Positions 15,294 through 23,177 of a stretch of DNA of 24,000 nucleotides are shown here, one piece after another. The stretch comes from Methanofollis sp. W23 (GTDB lineage: Archaea > Halobacteriota > Methanomicrobia > Methanomicrobiales > Methanofollaceae): the NCBI RefSeq assembly GCF_017875325.1, contig NZ_JAGGMN010000001.1, positions 1,484,140 to 1,508,139 of the forward strand, read 5' to 3'. The notes beneath the pieces were generated by a model. That model saw only the letters and a list, made by a program, of their open reading frames with translations. It made no database searches and was not told where the DNA came from. How positions within the stretch are numbered: position 1 is the stretch's first letter; each line of letters begins with the position of its first letter. Both the position numbers and the translations under genes were made by a program.

Positions 15294-16250
15294 CTGGAGA
15301 ATTCAAAATGAACTTGGGGTCACACAAATCTCTTGACCCGCCGCCCCCGCATATCCTCTCCCCATAAGGGGTCTGGATGAAATGAGGAGAGAGGCTGGAA
15401 GACAGGGAGACGATTGCTCATTGTGTATGGAGTCACGCCTGGCGCGGGTTTTTCGATCTTCGAGGTCATCCCAAAACTCTCCCGTCCTCCTCCCCCCTGA
15501 TGATGGCGATGGATGAGAATGAAGAGAGTCCTCGGTCCTGATGACCGATCAAGCCAAGGGCGCTTATGGGATATGCTCCATGAAAGTGATCCAGAATATC
15601 GGCCCGTGAGATTCTGATGAAGGGCATATCTCAAAACTCTCCTGGGATGAACATTCCCTTGAACCAGAGTGCTTCCTTCCAGAAATTCAAAACTCCCTTC
15701 TCGACCGGGGTGCGTGCCGCCCCCCCTGTCCTCCCACTGATGAAGATAGGTGAAGGATTGCGTCCCGTTTTCATGGTTTTTTCTCTGCCTTCCCGGCCCT
15801 TTCGCCATCCTGGAGGTCCGGGGGCGGCGGCCCGGATGCGATCGTTCGAGGAAGGCATGGCAGACCAGACCGATCGACGTGCTGCCCCACATAGAGACTA
15901 ATGAATGTTTTCCTGGTTTCTTTCGCCGGGGGGAGACCCTGCGAAACCCCCGCGACGAAGATAGAGGTCAGGTGGCAGGACCCCAGCGAAAAGATAGAAG
16001 AAGGCGATGAATGGATGTTCTCGCTACGAAGACAGGAGAGTTTGACACCATCATCTTTCTTTATCTCTGGCAGAGGGGAAACTCAGGAGAGTTCTTGGAT
16101 GACCTCGATTTCAACCTGGATATCGTCCACAGCATCAAGAATTCCCCTGACCCCCGCCATTCCCGCAGGTCGATGCGGCCACGGAGTTCCCGTCGAGTGC
16201 CGCGAGAGATCGTGCCGGAAGAACCGGGCCTACCTGATGCCCTGAAAATA
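15294..16250. repeat. Intergenic repeat family, locus R6 (two arrays in opposite orientation, tail to tail)
   Basis: Plus-oriented part: 15294-15327 'ctggagaattcaaaatgaacttggggtcacacaa' resembles 21456-21490, and a C-like module lies at 15344-15376. Minus-oriented part: 15783-15796 is rc 'ccgggaaggcagag', rc(15712-15726) is identical to 114-128, and rc(15671-15693) matches 149-171 at 20/23. rc(15920-15990) gives 'ctatcttcgtcgcgggggtttcgcagggtctccccccggcg' (C module). Beyond ~16110 similarity is weak. Confidence 0.75.
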
Positions 16251-16392
16251 GGTGCACCCCTCCAGGAAAGGGGGATATCAGGCGCGATGACCTCAAGCAC
16301 TGCACCTCGCGTGAACGTACCGGCGAGACGTACGCCCTCAACGACCAGTAACAAAAGGGCTTTGTGATGGCAGTGACAACATTTCTGGAAGC

Positions 16393-17529
16393 ATGATCGA
16401 GTGGTACGAGCGCTGCGGATTGATTCTCAACGGCCAGGTGGTGAAGACCCCGGTCGTCATTGCTTCGATGGCAGGGATCACCGACGCCGGGTATGTGCTG
16501 GCCAGAAAAGAGCATATCGGTGCCGCGTTCATTGGGGGATACTCCATCGACGCGGAGACGATGGAGGCGAGCCGTGCAATGGCGGCGGCCGGGCGGGACG
16601 AGTTTGTGTACGATGACCCCGTCGCCGAACTGAAGACGCAGACTGAGGCCCTTGAAGGGTGCGGAGTTCTCGTCGGGCTGAACCTGCGGGGGAGCACGCC
16701 TGCGTCGTACGCGGCGGTCGCCAGGGAGATCGGGGACGGCGTGGTCTATGAGGTCGACGCCCACTGCCGCCAGCCCCAGATGACGGCGCTCGGGTGCGGC
16801 GAGGCCCTGCTGCACGAGCCGCACCGGATCGTCGAGATCGTCGAGGCGCTCAAGGCCCAGGGTGTGACCGTCTCGGTGAAGATCCGTGCCGGGGTCGCGG
16901 ACGACGACGCCGCACTTGCCCGTCTCCTCTGGAAGGCCGGGGCCGACATCCTCCACGTGGACCTGATGGACTTTGGCTATGCACGGATCCGCCAGATCAG
17001 GAATGCCTGCCCGTTGCCGCTCATCGCCAACAACTCGATCACCTCGTTCGACCGGGCAATGGACATGTTCGCCCATGGGGCCGACATGGTCTCCCTTGCA
17101 CGACGCTCGGACGAGCGGACCCTGGCCGGGATCGATGCCGCCATCAGGCGGAGGGCCGACGAGGTCGGGTGGTACAACGCCCCCAAACAACTCTGCCGGG
17201 GCGGCGACATCAGGGCGCTCGCCTTCTGTTGTCTGCCGGTGAAGCACTGCCCGCTCATCCCGTTCCTGGAGAAGGTCGGACTCACCAGGGAGGAGTATAT
17301 GGACCTAAAGGCCAGGGCGGTCACGGGCACGCCCCTTGCTGAGGGGAAGATGACCTGCTTTGGGAGTATGGCCTGGTGCTGCAAGTCGAGTTCACCGTGC
17401 ATGCTGCGCGGGATCGCGGCGAAGACGGCCGGGATCACCGACCAGGAGTATATGCACCTGAAGCGCGATCTCGCCGACAGGATTATGGAGTGCGTCTTTG
17501 ATGAAGTGCCGGAGGAAGACGCGGACTGA
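16393..17529 (+). CDS. NifR3/Dus-like FMN TIM-barrel domain fused to Cys-rich methanogenesis marker domain 9
   Basis: The N-terminal ~250 aa are TIM-barrel-like ('PVVIASMAGITDAGYV...VGLNLRG...YEVDAHCRQPQM...SVKIRAG...ILHVDLMD...ANNSI'). The C-terminal ~110 aa carry 'FCCLPVKHC' (17224-17250) and 'WCCKSSSPC' (17374-17400), with 8 Cys in the core. This matches my recollection of the TIGRFAM marker-9 description (two [WFY]CC..K.C-like motifs, some members NifR3-fused). Confidence 0.8.
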   Translation: MIEWYERCGLILNGQVVKTPVVIASMAGITDAGYVLARKEHIGAAFIGGYSIDAETMEASRAMAAAGRDEFVYDDPVAELKTQTEALEGCGVLVGLNLRGSTPASYAAVAREIGDGVVYEVDAHCRQPQMTALGCGEALLHEPHRIVEIVEALKAQGVTVSVKIRAGVADDDAALARLLWKAGADILHVDLMDFGYARIRQIRNACPLPLIANNSITSFDRAMDMFAHGADMVSLARRSDERTLAGIDAAIRRRADEVGWYNAPKQLCRGGDIRALAFCCLPVKHCPLIPFLEKVGLTREEYMDLKARAVTGTPLAEGKMTCFGSMAWCCKSSSPCMLRGIAAKTAGITDQEYMHLKRDLADRIMECVFDEVPEEDAD

Positions 17530-18322
17530 ACTGGCGCAGCTCGCGATGGCCCTGGAGGTCTCGGCCTCCCCAAAGCCAGGGAACGTGGACCGCGGGCACG
17601 ATTATCCGGACACCCGCCTGGAACATTTCCTGGCCTCCACGATCTTTGCAGGCCGTGCCCTCGCCCTGGCCGAGAAGGGGGAGCCCGGGATCGGCGAGGT
17701 GATCCTGGAAGCGGTAAAGGATACCAACTGCCATGCCGGCGGGAACACACACTTTGGGGCGTTCATCCTGCTCGTCCCGCTGGTCCGGGGCGGCGGGGTC
17801 GAGGGGGCCATTCGGGAGGTCGGGGCCACCACAGTCGAGGACGCGGTGGCCTTCTACCAGGCCTTCGGGGCGACGCAGGTGCGGGTGCTGGAGCGCGACG
17901 CCCTGGACGTGAACGATCCCGCGGCCATTCAAGCCCTGCGTGATGAAGGGATGACGCTCTATGACGTGATGGCCTACTCGGCACCGCGGGACATGGTGGC
18001 GCGGGAGTGGACGAACGGGTTTGCCCTCTCGCAGGAGACGAGGGACCTCCTCTTTGCCCATGGGTCAGGGAAGGAGGCGATCGTGCAGACGTTCCTCGAT
18101 CTCCTTGCAACCCACCCCGACACTTTTGTCGCGAAGAAGTTTGGTGTGGAGAGAGCCGCCCGGACGATGGCGCGGGCCGGCGAGGTGAAGGCAGGAAAGG
18201 TCTCGCTCGAGGACTTCGACGAGGAGTGCCTGGCCGCCGGGGTGAACCCTGGTTCGCTGGCCGACATCATGATCGCGGGGATCTATCTCGCGCTCAATGA
18301 GGGGTGGGAATGGGATTCCTGA
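17498..18322 (+). CDS. CitG/MdcB-like triphosphoribosyl-dephospho-CoA synthase family protein
   Basis: 'ELAQLAMALEVSASPKPGNVDRGHDYPDTRLEHFLAS' matches the CitG-family N-terminal motif (E...PKPG-x-VD...H.D). 274 aa. It overlaps the upstream gene by 32 nt; ATG 17546 is an alternative start. Confidence 0.78.
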   Translation: MMKCRRKTRTELAQLAMALEVSASPKPGNVDRGHDYPDTRLEHFLASTIFAGRALALAEKGEPGIGEVILEAVKDTNCHAGGNTHFGAFILLVPLVRGGGVEGAIREVGATTVEDAVAFYQAFGATQVRVLERDALDVNDPAAIQALRDEGMTLYDVMAYSAPRDMVAREWTNGFALSQETRDLLFAHGSGKEAIVQTFLDLLATHPDTFVAKKFGVERAARTMARAGEVKAGKVSLEDFDEECLAAGVNPGSLADIMIAGIYLALNEGWEWDS

Positions 18323-18879
18323 GAGAGGGGATCAACGAGGTGATCGCCACGACCCGCGGCAATGCCGCACCGATGGGGATCATCTCCCGCAACGGCACCC
18401 TCTCGATGGTCCTCTTCAAGGGTTCCCACACCGAGGCGAATATCAGGCGGGACGGATGGGTGGTCGCCAACCTCACCGCCGACCCGGTGGTCTGGGTGCG
18501 GACGGCCTTCGAGGACCTGCCGCAGAAAGACCTGGTCGCCGAGGTGGTGGCGGGCAGGGAGGTCGAGCGTCTCCGCACCTGCGAGGCATGGGCGGCATTT
18601 GCCGTGGAGGTGAAGCACGAGACCGCCGAGAAGATCCTGGTCGCCCTCACCCCGCTCGCCGCCCCGGTCGCCCTGGAGAAGGGAGTCTGCCCGGTGAACC
18701 GCGGGTTTGCCGGGATCATCGAGGCGACGGTGCATGCCACCAGGTTTGTCCGCACCCGCGATCCAGGTCTTCGGGCCCTCATCGACCACCACCTCGCTCT
18801 GGTGCAGCGCTGCGGTGGACCGCGGGAGTGGGAGGCCGCACGGGTGCTGGAAGGGTTCATCTCTGAGGAAAAGGAGTGA
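18304..18879 (+). CDS. DUF447-family protein (flavin-reductase-like split barrel)
   Basis: 'GINEVIATTRGNAAPMGIISRNGTLSMVLFKGSHTEANIRRDGWVVANL' fits my recollection of DUF447 N-termini (GI.E.I.TT...NaAPMG). It overlaps the CitG-like gene by 19 nt. Confidence 0.7.
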   Translation: MGMGFLREGINEVIATTRGNAAPMGIISRNGTLSMVLFKGSHTEANIRRDGWVVANLTADPVVWVRTAFEDLPQKDLVAEVVAGREVERLRTCEAWAAFAVEVKHETAEKILVALTPLAAPVALEKGVCPVNRGFAGIIEATVHATRFVRTRDPGLRALIDHHLALVQRCGGPREWEAARVLEGFISEEKE

Positions 18880-18882
18880 GGG

Positions 18883-19155
18883 TCACGGGAATACGGAATA
18901 GATCTCTTCTCTGGATTTTACGCGGTAGAAGATCAGGGCACCTGAACTGGTGAGTCTGCATCCAATCCTGTATCTTCCCACCCGTATCCGGTAGAAATCC
19001 GAATGCCCTTTCATCCTTTTGAAATCAAAATCAGTGTAGAGATCGTTGGAGTCTGGTATAGCAGAAAATACCAGTTCTTCTATATTTTTTCTGAGGGGAA
19101 TCGGCACCTTTGTGAGATCTTTTAAAAATGTCTTTTTATAGAGGCATTGAACCAT
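18883..19155 (-). CDS. RelE/ParE-family type II toxin
   Basis: 'KKTFLKDLTKVP...RKNIEELVFSAI...FKRMKGHSDFYRIRVGRYRIGCRLTSSGALIFYRVKSREEIY' matches the RelE/ParE hallmark (L.G....YRiRvGdYRi.y.......i..v.hR.e.Y). The start lies 1 nt after the antitoxin stop. The region is low-GC. Confidence 0.85.
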   Translation of the reverse strand: MVQCLYKKTFLKDLTKVPIPLRKNIEELVFSAIPDSNDLYTDFDFKRMKGHSDFYRIRVGRYRIGCRLTSSGALIFYRVKSREEIYSVFP

Positions 19156-19156
19156 T

Positions 19157-19360
19157 TCAAACTGATTCCTTCATTTTTTTATAATATTCCCGCGCCTCTG
19201 CACGGTCGAGGGGCTCATCATCATCTGCCTCCTCAATGTAGTGTGAAAGGCCGTAATCCTCAATGATGGACTCGATCCGTTCAAAGGTAGAGATATCGAT
19301 GATGACGCCGACCGGGGTATTGTCTTCGGACATCACATACTGACGTTTAATATCAAGCAT
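19157..19360 (-). CDS. Putative antitoxin of the RelE/ParE module
   Basis: 67 aa: 'MLDIKRQYVMSEDNTPVGVIIDISTFERIESIIEDYGLSHYIEEADDDEPLDRAEAREYYKKMKESV'. It is small and acidic, sits immediately upstream of the toxin, and is tightly coupled to it. Start at ATG 19360; ATG 19333 (M10) is an alternative. The longer ORF to 19537 overlaps the neighbouring gene. Confidence 0.7.
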   Translation of the reverse strand: MLDIKRQYVMSEDNTPVGVIIDISTFERIESIIEDYGLSHYIEEADDDEPLDRAEAREYYKKMKESV

Positions 19361-19395
19361 AAGATTCTCCCCGATACACTCTTTCGCGTCTGTTG

Positions 19396-19403
19396 ATATA
19401 AAT
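19396..19403 (-). promoter_or_regulatory. TATA-box-like element for the toxin-antitoxin pair
   Basis: The minus strand reads 'catttatatcaac' (plus-strand atataaat at 19396-19403), 36-43 nt upstream of ATG 19360. Confidence 0.4.
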
Positions 19404-19422
19404 GATGACCAGTCTCCCCCCA

Positions 19423-21381
19423 CTAAAACGGGAAGACCGCATACTGGATGTACCAGAGATATTGCACCAGGGGGATCCAGAAATGATACCCCTCCCAGCA
19501 GAGGGTGGCAAAGCGGAAGTCCACCACCGCTCCCCATGCAAGGGTGAAGAGCATCAGGACCGGGAGGAGGGAGGCAAGGGCTATGGGCCGGGTCTTCCCT
19601 GCGGCCGTGAGGAAGTAGAGGAGAGCGGCAAGGGCGAGGAAGAGATAGGTGAGGGGCATGAGAAATGCCACCTGGCCGCTTATCTCTCCCCCTGAGAGAA
19701 GTTGGAGGACGAGGTAGATGAGGGGGAGGTCGATGACGATCAGCCAGAAGAGGGTTTTCAAGGAGCGCGCGATCTCGACCTCGCCAAACCCGACATACCT
19801 GAGGGCATAGGTCCCGAGCACGACCAGCGGGAGATAGATAGGGCTGAGATAGCGCATGTCAGGGACGATCCCCTGACTCCCTCCCATCCAGGGGATGGAC
19901 TTGAGATAGGCGGCCAGGACGATGAGAACGGTAAGGGCGAAGAAGGCGATGAGTCGGCCGTCACGAGAGGAGAAGGAAGAGCGTCCGGAGGTGTAGAGTT
20001 GGTAGCCGACCGGGACGAGGAGGAGCAGGGCGAAAAAGCCGAAAGAGGAGACCTGGAAGATCCCGGCCGAGCCTGAGTACGAGGGATCGAAGAAGGTGCC
20101 GTAAAATCCTGAGAGGAGATCGCCGGCCGGCGGGGCATAGTGTCTGGCCACCGTCGCCCTGAGGGTGCCGGCCGCAGACGGGAGGCCTGAAGGGGCGGCG
20201 GCGCCGTACCCGGCCACCCAGGGGAGGAGGAGGGGGTGTCCGGTGAGGCCGAGGTTGTTCACAAAGAGCGGGAGGGCCCCGAGCGGGACGCCCGATATGG
20301 CGAGGGCGGTCTTTCCTGACTCGCGCCACCCCTTCCTGACCGAGAGGAGGAGCGCAAAGAGCGCAAACCCCACGAGGAGCGAGGGCCCGAGTTCTGGCCT
20401 GGCCCATGCGGTCCACCCGACGGCGATGAACGCGGAGAAGAGATAGAGCGGGCGGTCTCTGGTGAGGGAGAGGACGAAGCAGTAGATCGCGATCGTAAAG
20501 AAGAGCATCACCAGCATGTGGTCCTTGGCATTCCCGGACCAGAAGAGATAGGACGACGAGGCAAGTGTTGCCACGAGGCCAAAGATCCCCCAGCGGACCG
20601 ACCCGAAGACCTCCAGGAAGATATGATAGACGAGGAGGGCAAAGAGGGCGAAGGCGATAGTGTTGGTGAAGACGATGGCCGCGACCTCAGGATAGACGCT
20701 GACGTCAGCGGGGTGCACCCCGCGCACAAACCAGAAGGGGTGGTACAGGGCCATGTTGAGGACAAAGAGGATGCCCCAGGAGATGATGGCGGCATAGGTC
20801 CAGGGGATCCCATGCCAGCGTGCGTATCTGGGGTACCACCACTCGATCATGAGGACGACGGCAAGGAGGAGTGCCGACCAGAGGAGGATGACAAAGAGGC
20901 GGAAGGAGTCGTCGAAGAGATCGAAGAAGTAGTATGCAGGGAGGGAGAGGGTAGGGAGTGCCAGGGTGTAGCAGAGACAGTCGTGGTGCGAGGCAGCATA
21001 GGCGGCAGAACCGTACGGGTGATACCCGTACAGGAGGTCGTCGCCCTCGACCAGGTGGTTCACCTGGTCTGCGGAGATCCATTCGTCGGTGATGTAGATG
21101 GCCGGGTACGAGATGGTGAGGGCGAGGAGAAAGGAGAGAAGGAGGATCACGAGGTCCAATTTCAGGGCATGCGTCCTCTCTGTCACCTCGCCGTCCCCTT
21201 CTTCAGGGGGACTGCAGGGGAGATCACGTGAATAGGATTCTCTGCATGTTGTATCTCCCTCCATACTCTCGATCACACCGTCTATGATTCTATGCTCATC
21301 TCCTGGAGGATATATACTATTTTTGATATTCTCCCGCCCTCCATGAATGAAATCAGAGTCCAGGAGAGAAAGGGAGGGCAC
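19423..21381 (-). CDS. Large polytopic membrane protein, possibly a GT-C-fold (ArnT/PMT-like) glycosyltransferase
   Basis: 652 aa with more than 12 hydrophobic helices and high GC3. The first extracytoplasmic loop after TM1 carries the acidic 'YITDEWISADQVNHLVEGDD', reminiscent of GT-C loop-1 D/E motifs. The functional call is tentative, and the start is uncertain (ATG 21381 or an internal Met). Confidence 0.8.
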   Translation of the reverse strand: MPSLSLLDSDFIHGGRENIKNSIYPPGDEHRIIDGVIESMEGDTTCRESYSRDLPCSPPEEGDGEVTERTHALKLDLVILLLSFLLALTISYPAIYITDEWISADQVNHLVEGDDLLYGYHPYGSAAYAASHHDCLCYTLALPTLSLPAYYFFDLFDDSFRLFVILLWSALLLAVVLMIEWWYPRYARWHGIPWTYAAIISWGILFVLNMALYHPFWFVRGVHPADVSVYPEVAAIVFTNTIAFALFALLVYHIFLEVFGSVRWGIFGLVATLASSSYLFWSGNAKDHMLVMLFFTIAIYCFVLSLTRDRPLYLFSAFIAVGWTAWARPELGPSLLVGFALFALLLSVRKGWRESGKTALAISGVPLGALPLFVNNLGLTGHPLLLPWVAGYGAAAPSGLPSAAGTLRATVARHYAPPAGDLLSGFYGTFFDPSYSGSAGIFQVSSFGFFALLLLVPVGYQLYTSGRSSFSSRDGRLIAFFALTVLIVLAAYLKSIPWMGGSQGIVPDMRYLSPIYLPLVVLGTYALRYVGFGEVEIARSLKTLFWLIVIDLPLIYLVLQLLSGGEISGQVAFLMPLTYLFLALAALLYFLTAAGKTRPIALASLLPVLMLFTLAWGAVVDFRFATLCWEGYHFWIPLVQYLWYIQYAVFPF

Positions 21382-21439
21382 AACTTCTGATCACCGTGCG
21401 AAAAGAGAGAGACTCCCTCTGACTTCATGCTTGAGAACA

Positions 21440-22030
21440 TTTTCAATTTTCGGCCCTGGAGAATCTGGCATGAACCTGGGGCTCACGCATACGGGATGAA
21501 AATATTAGGTGGTCTCAGGGTTATGGACCCTTGCTCTCTCTCTGGAGCAGGACACTATATGGGACCACCACTTCATTGCCGCCACCTCTCTTCGTTGTAG
21601 GGGGTCGGGGGAGTTGGACCCTCTGTGCAAGATTCCAGGAAAGATTCTACGATTGAAGGCGGCACGCTTGATCACCACGCCTTCCCACACGCGTACGCCC
21701 GGGGTCCTGCCCCCTGACCCCCGGGATGGCGATAGGGGCGGGAAGGCAGAGCGATGATCATGACGACAGGATGCAATCCCCCGCAAATCCCCATCAGCGA
21801 GGGCTCGGGGGGTGGCATGTCCCCTCCCGCCAGAAGGATCCAACGGCGAGAATGATACGAAGGCATGCTCTGAGCCCTGTAAAATATCTCACCAGTCCCA
21901 GAAGTGAGCACGAATCGCCTGCCTTCCCTAATCTCAGGGACGATTTTCAGGGACGTGGCCTCCATCCAATCGCAAAAAAGGTTCAGGGACCTGATTCACC
22001 GACCAGGTCCAGGAAAAAATTTCCGGGGTC
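21440..22030 (+). repeat. Intergenic repeat family, locus R7 (best-preserved full unit)
   Basis: Module order: boundary (21456-21506), D (21510-21585), C (21585-21665), A (21665-21750), B (21750-21830), then a diverged E. See the anchors listed for R2, R4, R5 and R6. It contains spurious ORFs 21505..21843(-), 21509..21757(+) and 21726..22100(+). Confidence 0.85.
22012..22024 (-). terminator. Oligo-T tract after the 223-aa membrane protein gene
   Basis: The minus strand reads 'ccggaaattttttcctgg'. The T6 run (plus-strand aaaaaa at 22014-22019) lies 16 nt after the stop at 22035. Confidence 0.4.
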
Positions 22031-22034
22031 CAGT

Positions 22035-22706
22035 TCACCTCTCCTGCCCTGGTTCCGAGGGACTTGTCGAGGAGGAGAAGTCTTCTCCTGGTCGAGGTGA
22101 TTCATCTGAAGTCTCTTCCAGAGCATCGTCCTCATCAGGATCTTCTTCTTCCAGATACTCCTCCTCGATCTCGGCATGGTATGCCAGCCATGCGACCCCC
22201 AGGACCATAGGCACGCCGACCGGAATCGAGAAGCCCGCAGGCCCATGGAGAAGGGGGCCGTACTGGACGACGACCGAGGCGAGATAGGCGATCCCCGCTC
22301 CCGCAATGAGGAGGGAGAGGAGTTTTTTGATGGACGCATACTCCTCATACCACCTGCAGACAAGATACATGACCGCAGCGACCAGGAGAAGGGTACCGCC
22401 GATCCATAACAGGACCGAGAGGGCGGTCTTCCCCCCAAGGATGCCAGATGAGACATACTCGAAGTCGCGCACGAGAGTGATGAGGTTTGTCCCCAGATAG
22501 GTCTGCTGGTAGCGCAGGAGCGGGAACTGGAGGCCTGCACCCAGGCCATCTCCGATGAGATAGATGTTTGCAGGCAGGACGAGTATAAGGGTAATGAGGG
22601 CGGAGAGCGTGGATTTCGTGATCTTGTGCGCCACTCCCTCTCCGCCCGGCATGGGTATGGGTTCCATAGAGTGTCCAATTGAGTCATTCACAGTCTTCTC
22701 TCTCAT
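22035..22706 (-). CDS. Membrane protein of unknown function with an acidic C-terminal tail
   Basis: 223 aa with ~5 hydrophobic helices, ending in 'AEIEEEYLEEEDPDEDDALEETSDESPRPGEDFSSS'. It lies on the same strand as the two pilin-like genes, 41 nt downstream of them. The alternative frame 21983..22687 is S/R/P-rich and was rejected. Confidence 0.75.
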   Translation of the reverse strand: MREKTVNDSIGHSMEPIPMPGGEGVAHKITKSTLSALITLILVLPANIYLIGDGLGAGLQFPLLRYQQTYLGTNLITLVRDFEYVSSGILGGKTALSVLLWIGGTLLLVAAVMYLVCRWYEEYASIKKLLSLLIAGAGIAYLASVVVQYGPLLHGPAGFSIPVGVPMVLGVAWLAYHAEIEEEYLEEEDPDEDDALEETSDESPRPGEDFSSSTSPSEPGQER

Positions 22707-22747
22707 GATAGGAGAGGAGACGAGATGGAAAGCATCGTTTTTTCTGG

Positions 22748-23140
22748 TCAGATCTGGGTGTTCAGGATGACCTGCGACGATCCATCAAGGTACGTCGCCA
22801 TGACCATCACCTGGTGCGTTCCCCACGGGTCGGCGATCGGCGTGGCATTGGTTGCAGACGCGCCGACCTCGTGATCGAGCCAGTTTGTCTGTTCGACCCC
22901 ATCGATCGTCCAGTTCAGGTGATCGATCTCCCGGTCCCCCATGCCTCCGACATAGGTCACGCTGATTGTGCCGTCTTCGTACTGCGTTGCCGTCGCCCCG
23001 ACGATCCCGTTCTCCTGGAGATCTCCAGTAGAGCCGAAACCAAAGGAGGCAACGATGGCGGCAAGGGTCACCACGACAGCGACCATGAGGATTGTGGCGA
23101 TGGTCGAGGAGACCGCGTCGTCATGTACAGACTGAACCAT
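22748..23140 (-). CDS. Archaeal type IV pilin-like protein (DUF1628 / class III signal peptide)
   Basis: The N-terminus 'MVQSVHDDAVSSTIATILMVAVVVTLAAIVASFGFG' has a short charged leader and a hydrophobic helix. The C-terminus '...DGSSQVILNTQI' parallels its neighbour. An SD-like 'ggtggagg' lies 3 nt upstream of the ATG. Confidence 0.8.
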   Translation of the reverse strand: MVQSVHDDAVSSTIATILMVAVVVTLAAIVASFGFGSTGDLQENGIVGATATQYEDGTISVTYVGGMGDREIDHLNWTIDGVEQTNWLDHEVGASATNATPIADPWGTHQVMVMATYLDGSSQVILNTQI

Positions 23141-23177
23141 GGGCCTCCACCTTCACAAAGAAAAAAGGGGAAGGGGT

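Noticed and set aside
15480-15625. C/D-box sRNA-like strings (RUGAUGA-type 'ctgatgatgg', 'cctgatgacc', 'tctgatgaag') inside repeat copies, also at 3505-3520 and 15738-15746.
   Set aside because: No correctly spaced D or D' boxes (CUGA ~12 nt downstream), no terminal stem, and the overall length does not fit the 50-70 nt C/D sRNA architecture.
526-21231. Long antisense or alternative-frame ORFs inside real genes: 526..1425(-), 1678..2604(-), 4169..5443(+), 6167..7453(+), 10203..10808(-), 10487..11068(+), 11123..11839(-), 12941..14098(+), 13843..14481(-), 14417..15187(+), 16135..17247(-), 16977..17750(-), 17483..18061(-), 18283..18860(-), 18297..18866(+), 20518..21231(+) and 21983..22687(-).
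   Set aside because: These are shadow ORFs expected in ~60-70% GC DNA. Their translations are R/P/G/D-rich with no motifs, and each overlaps a gene with clear family signatures and high GC3.
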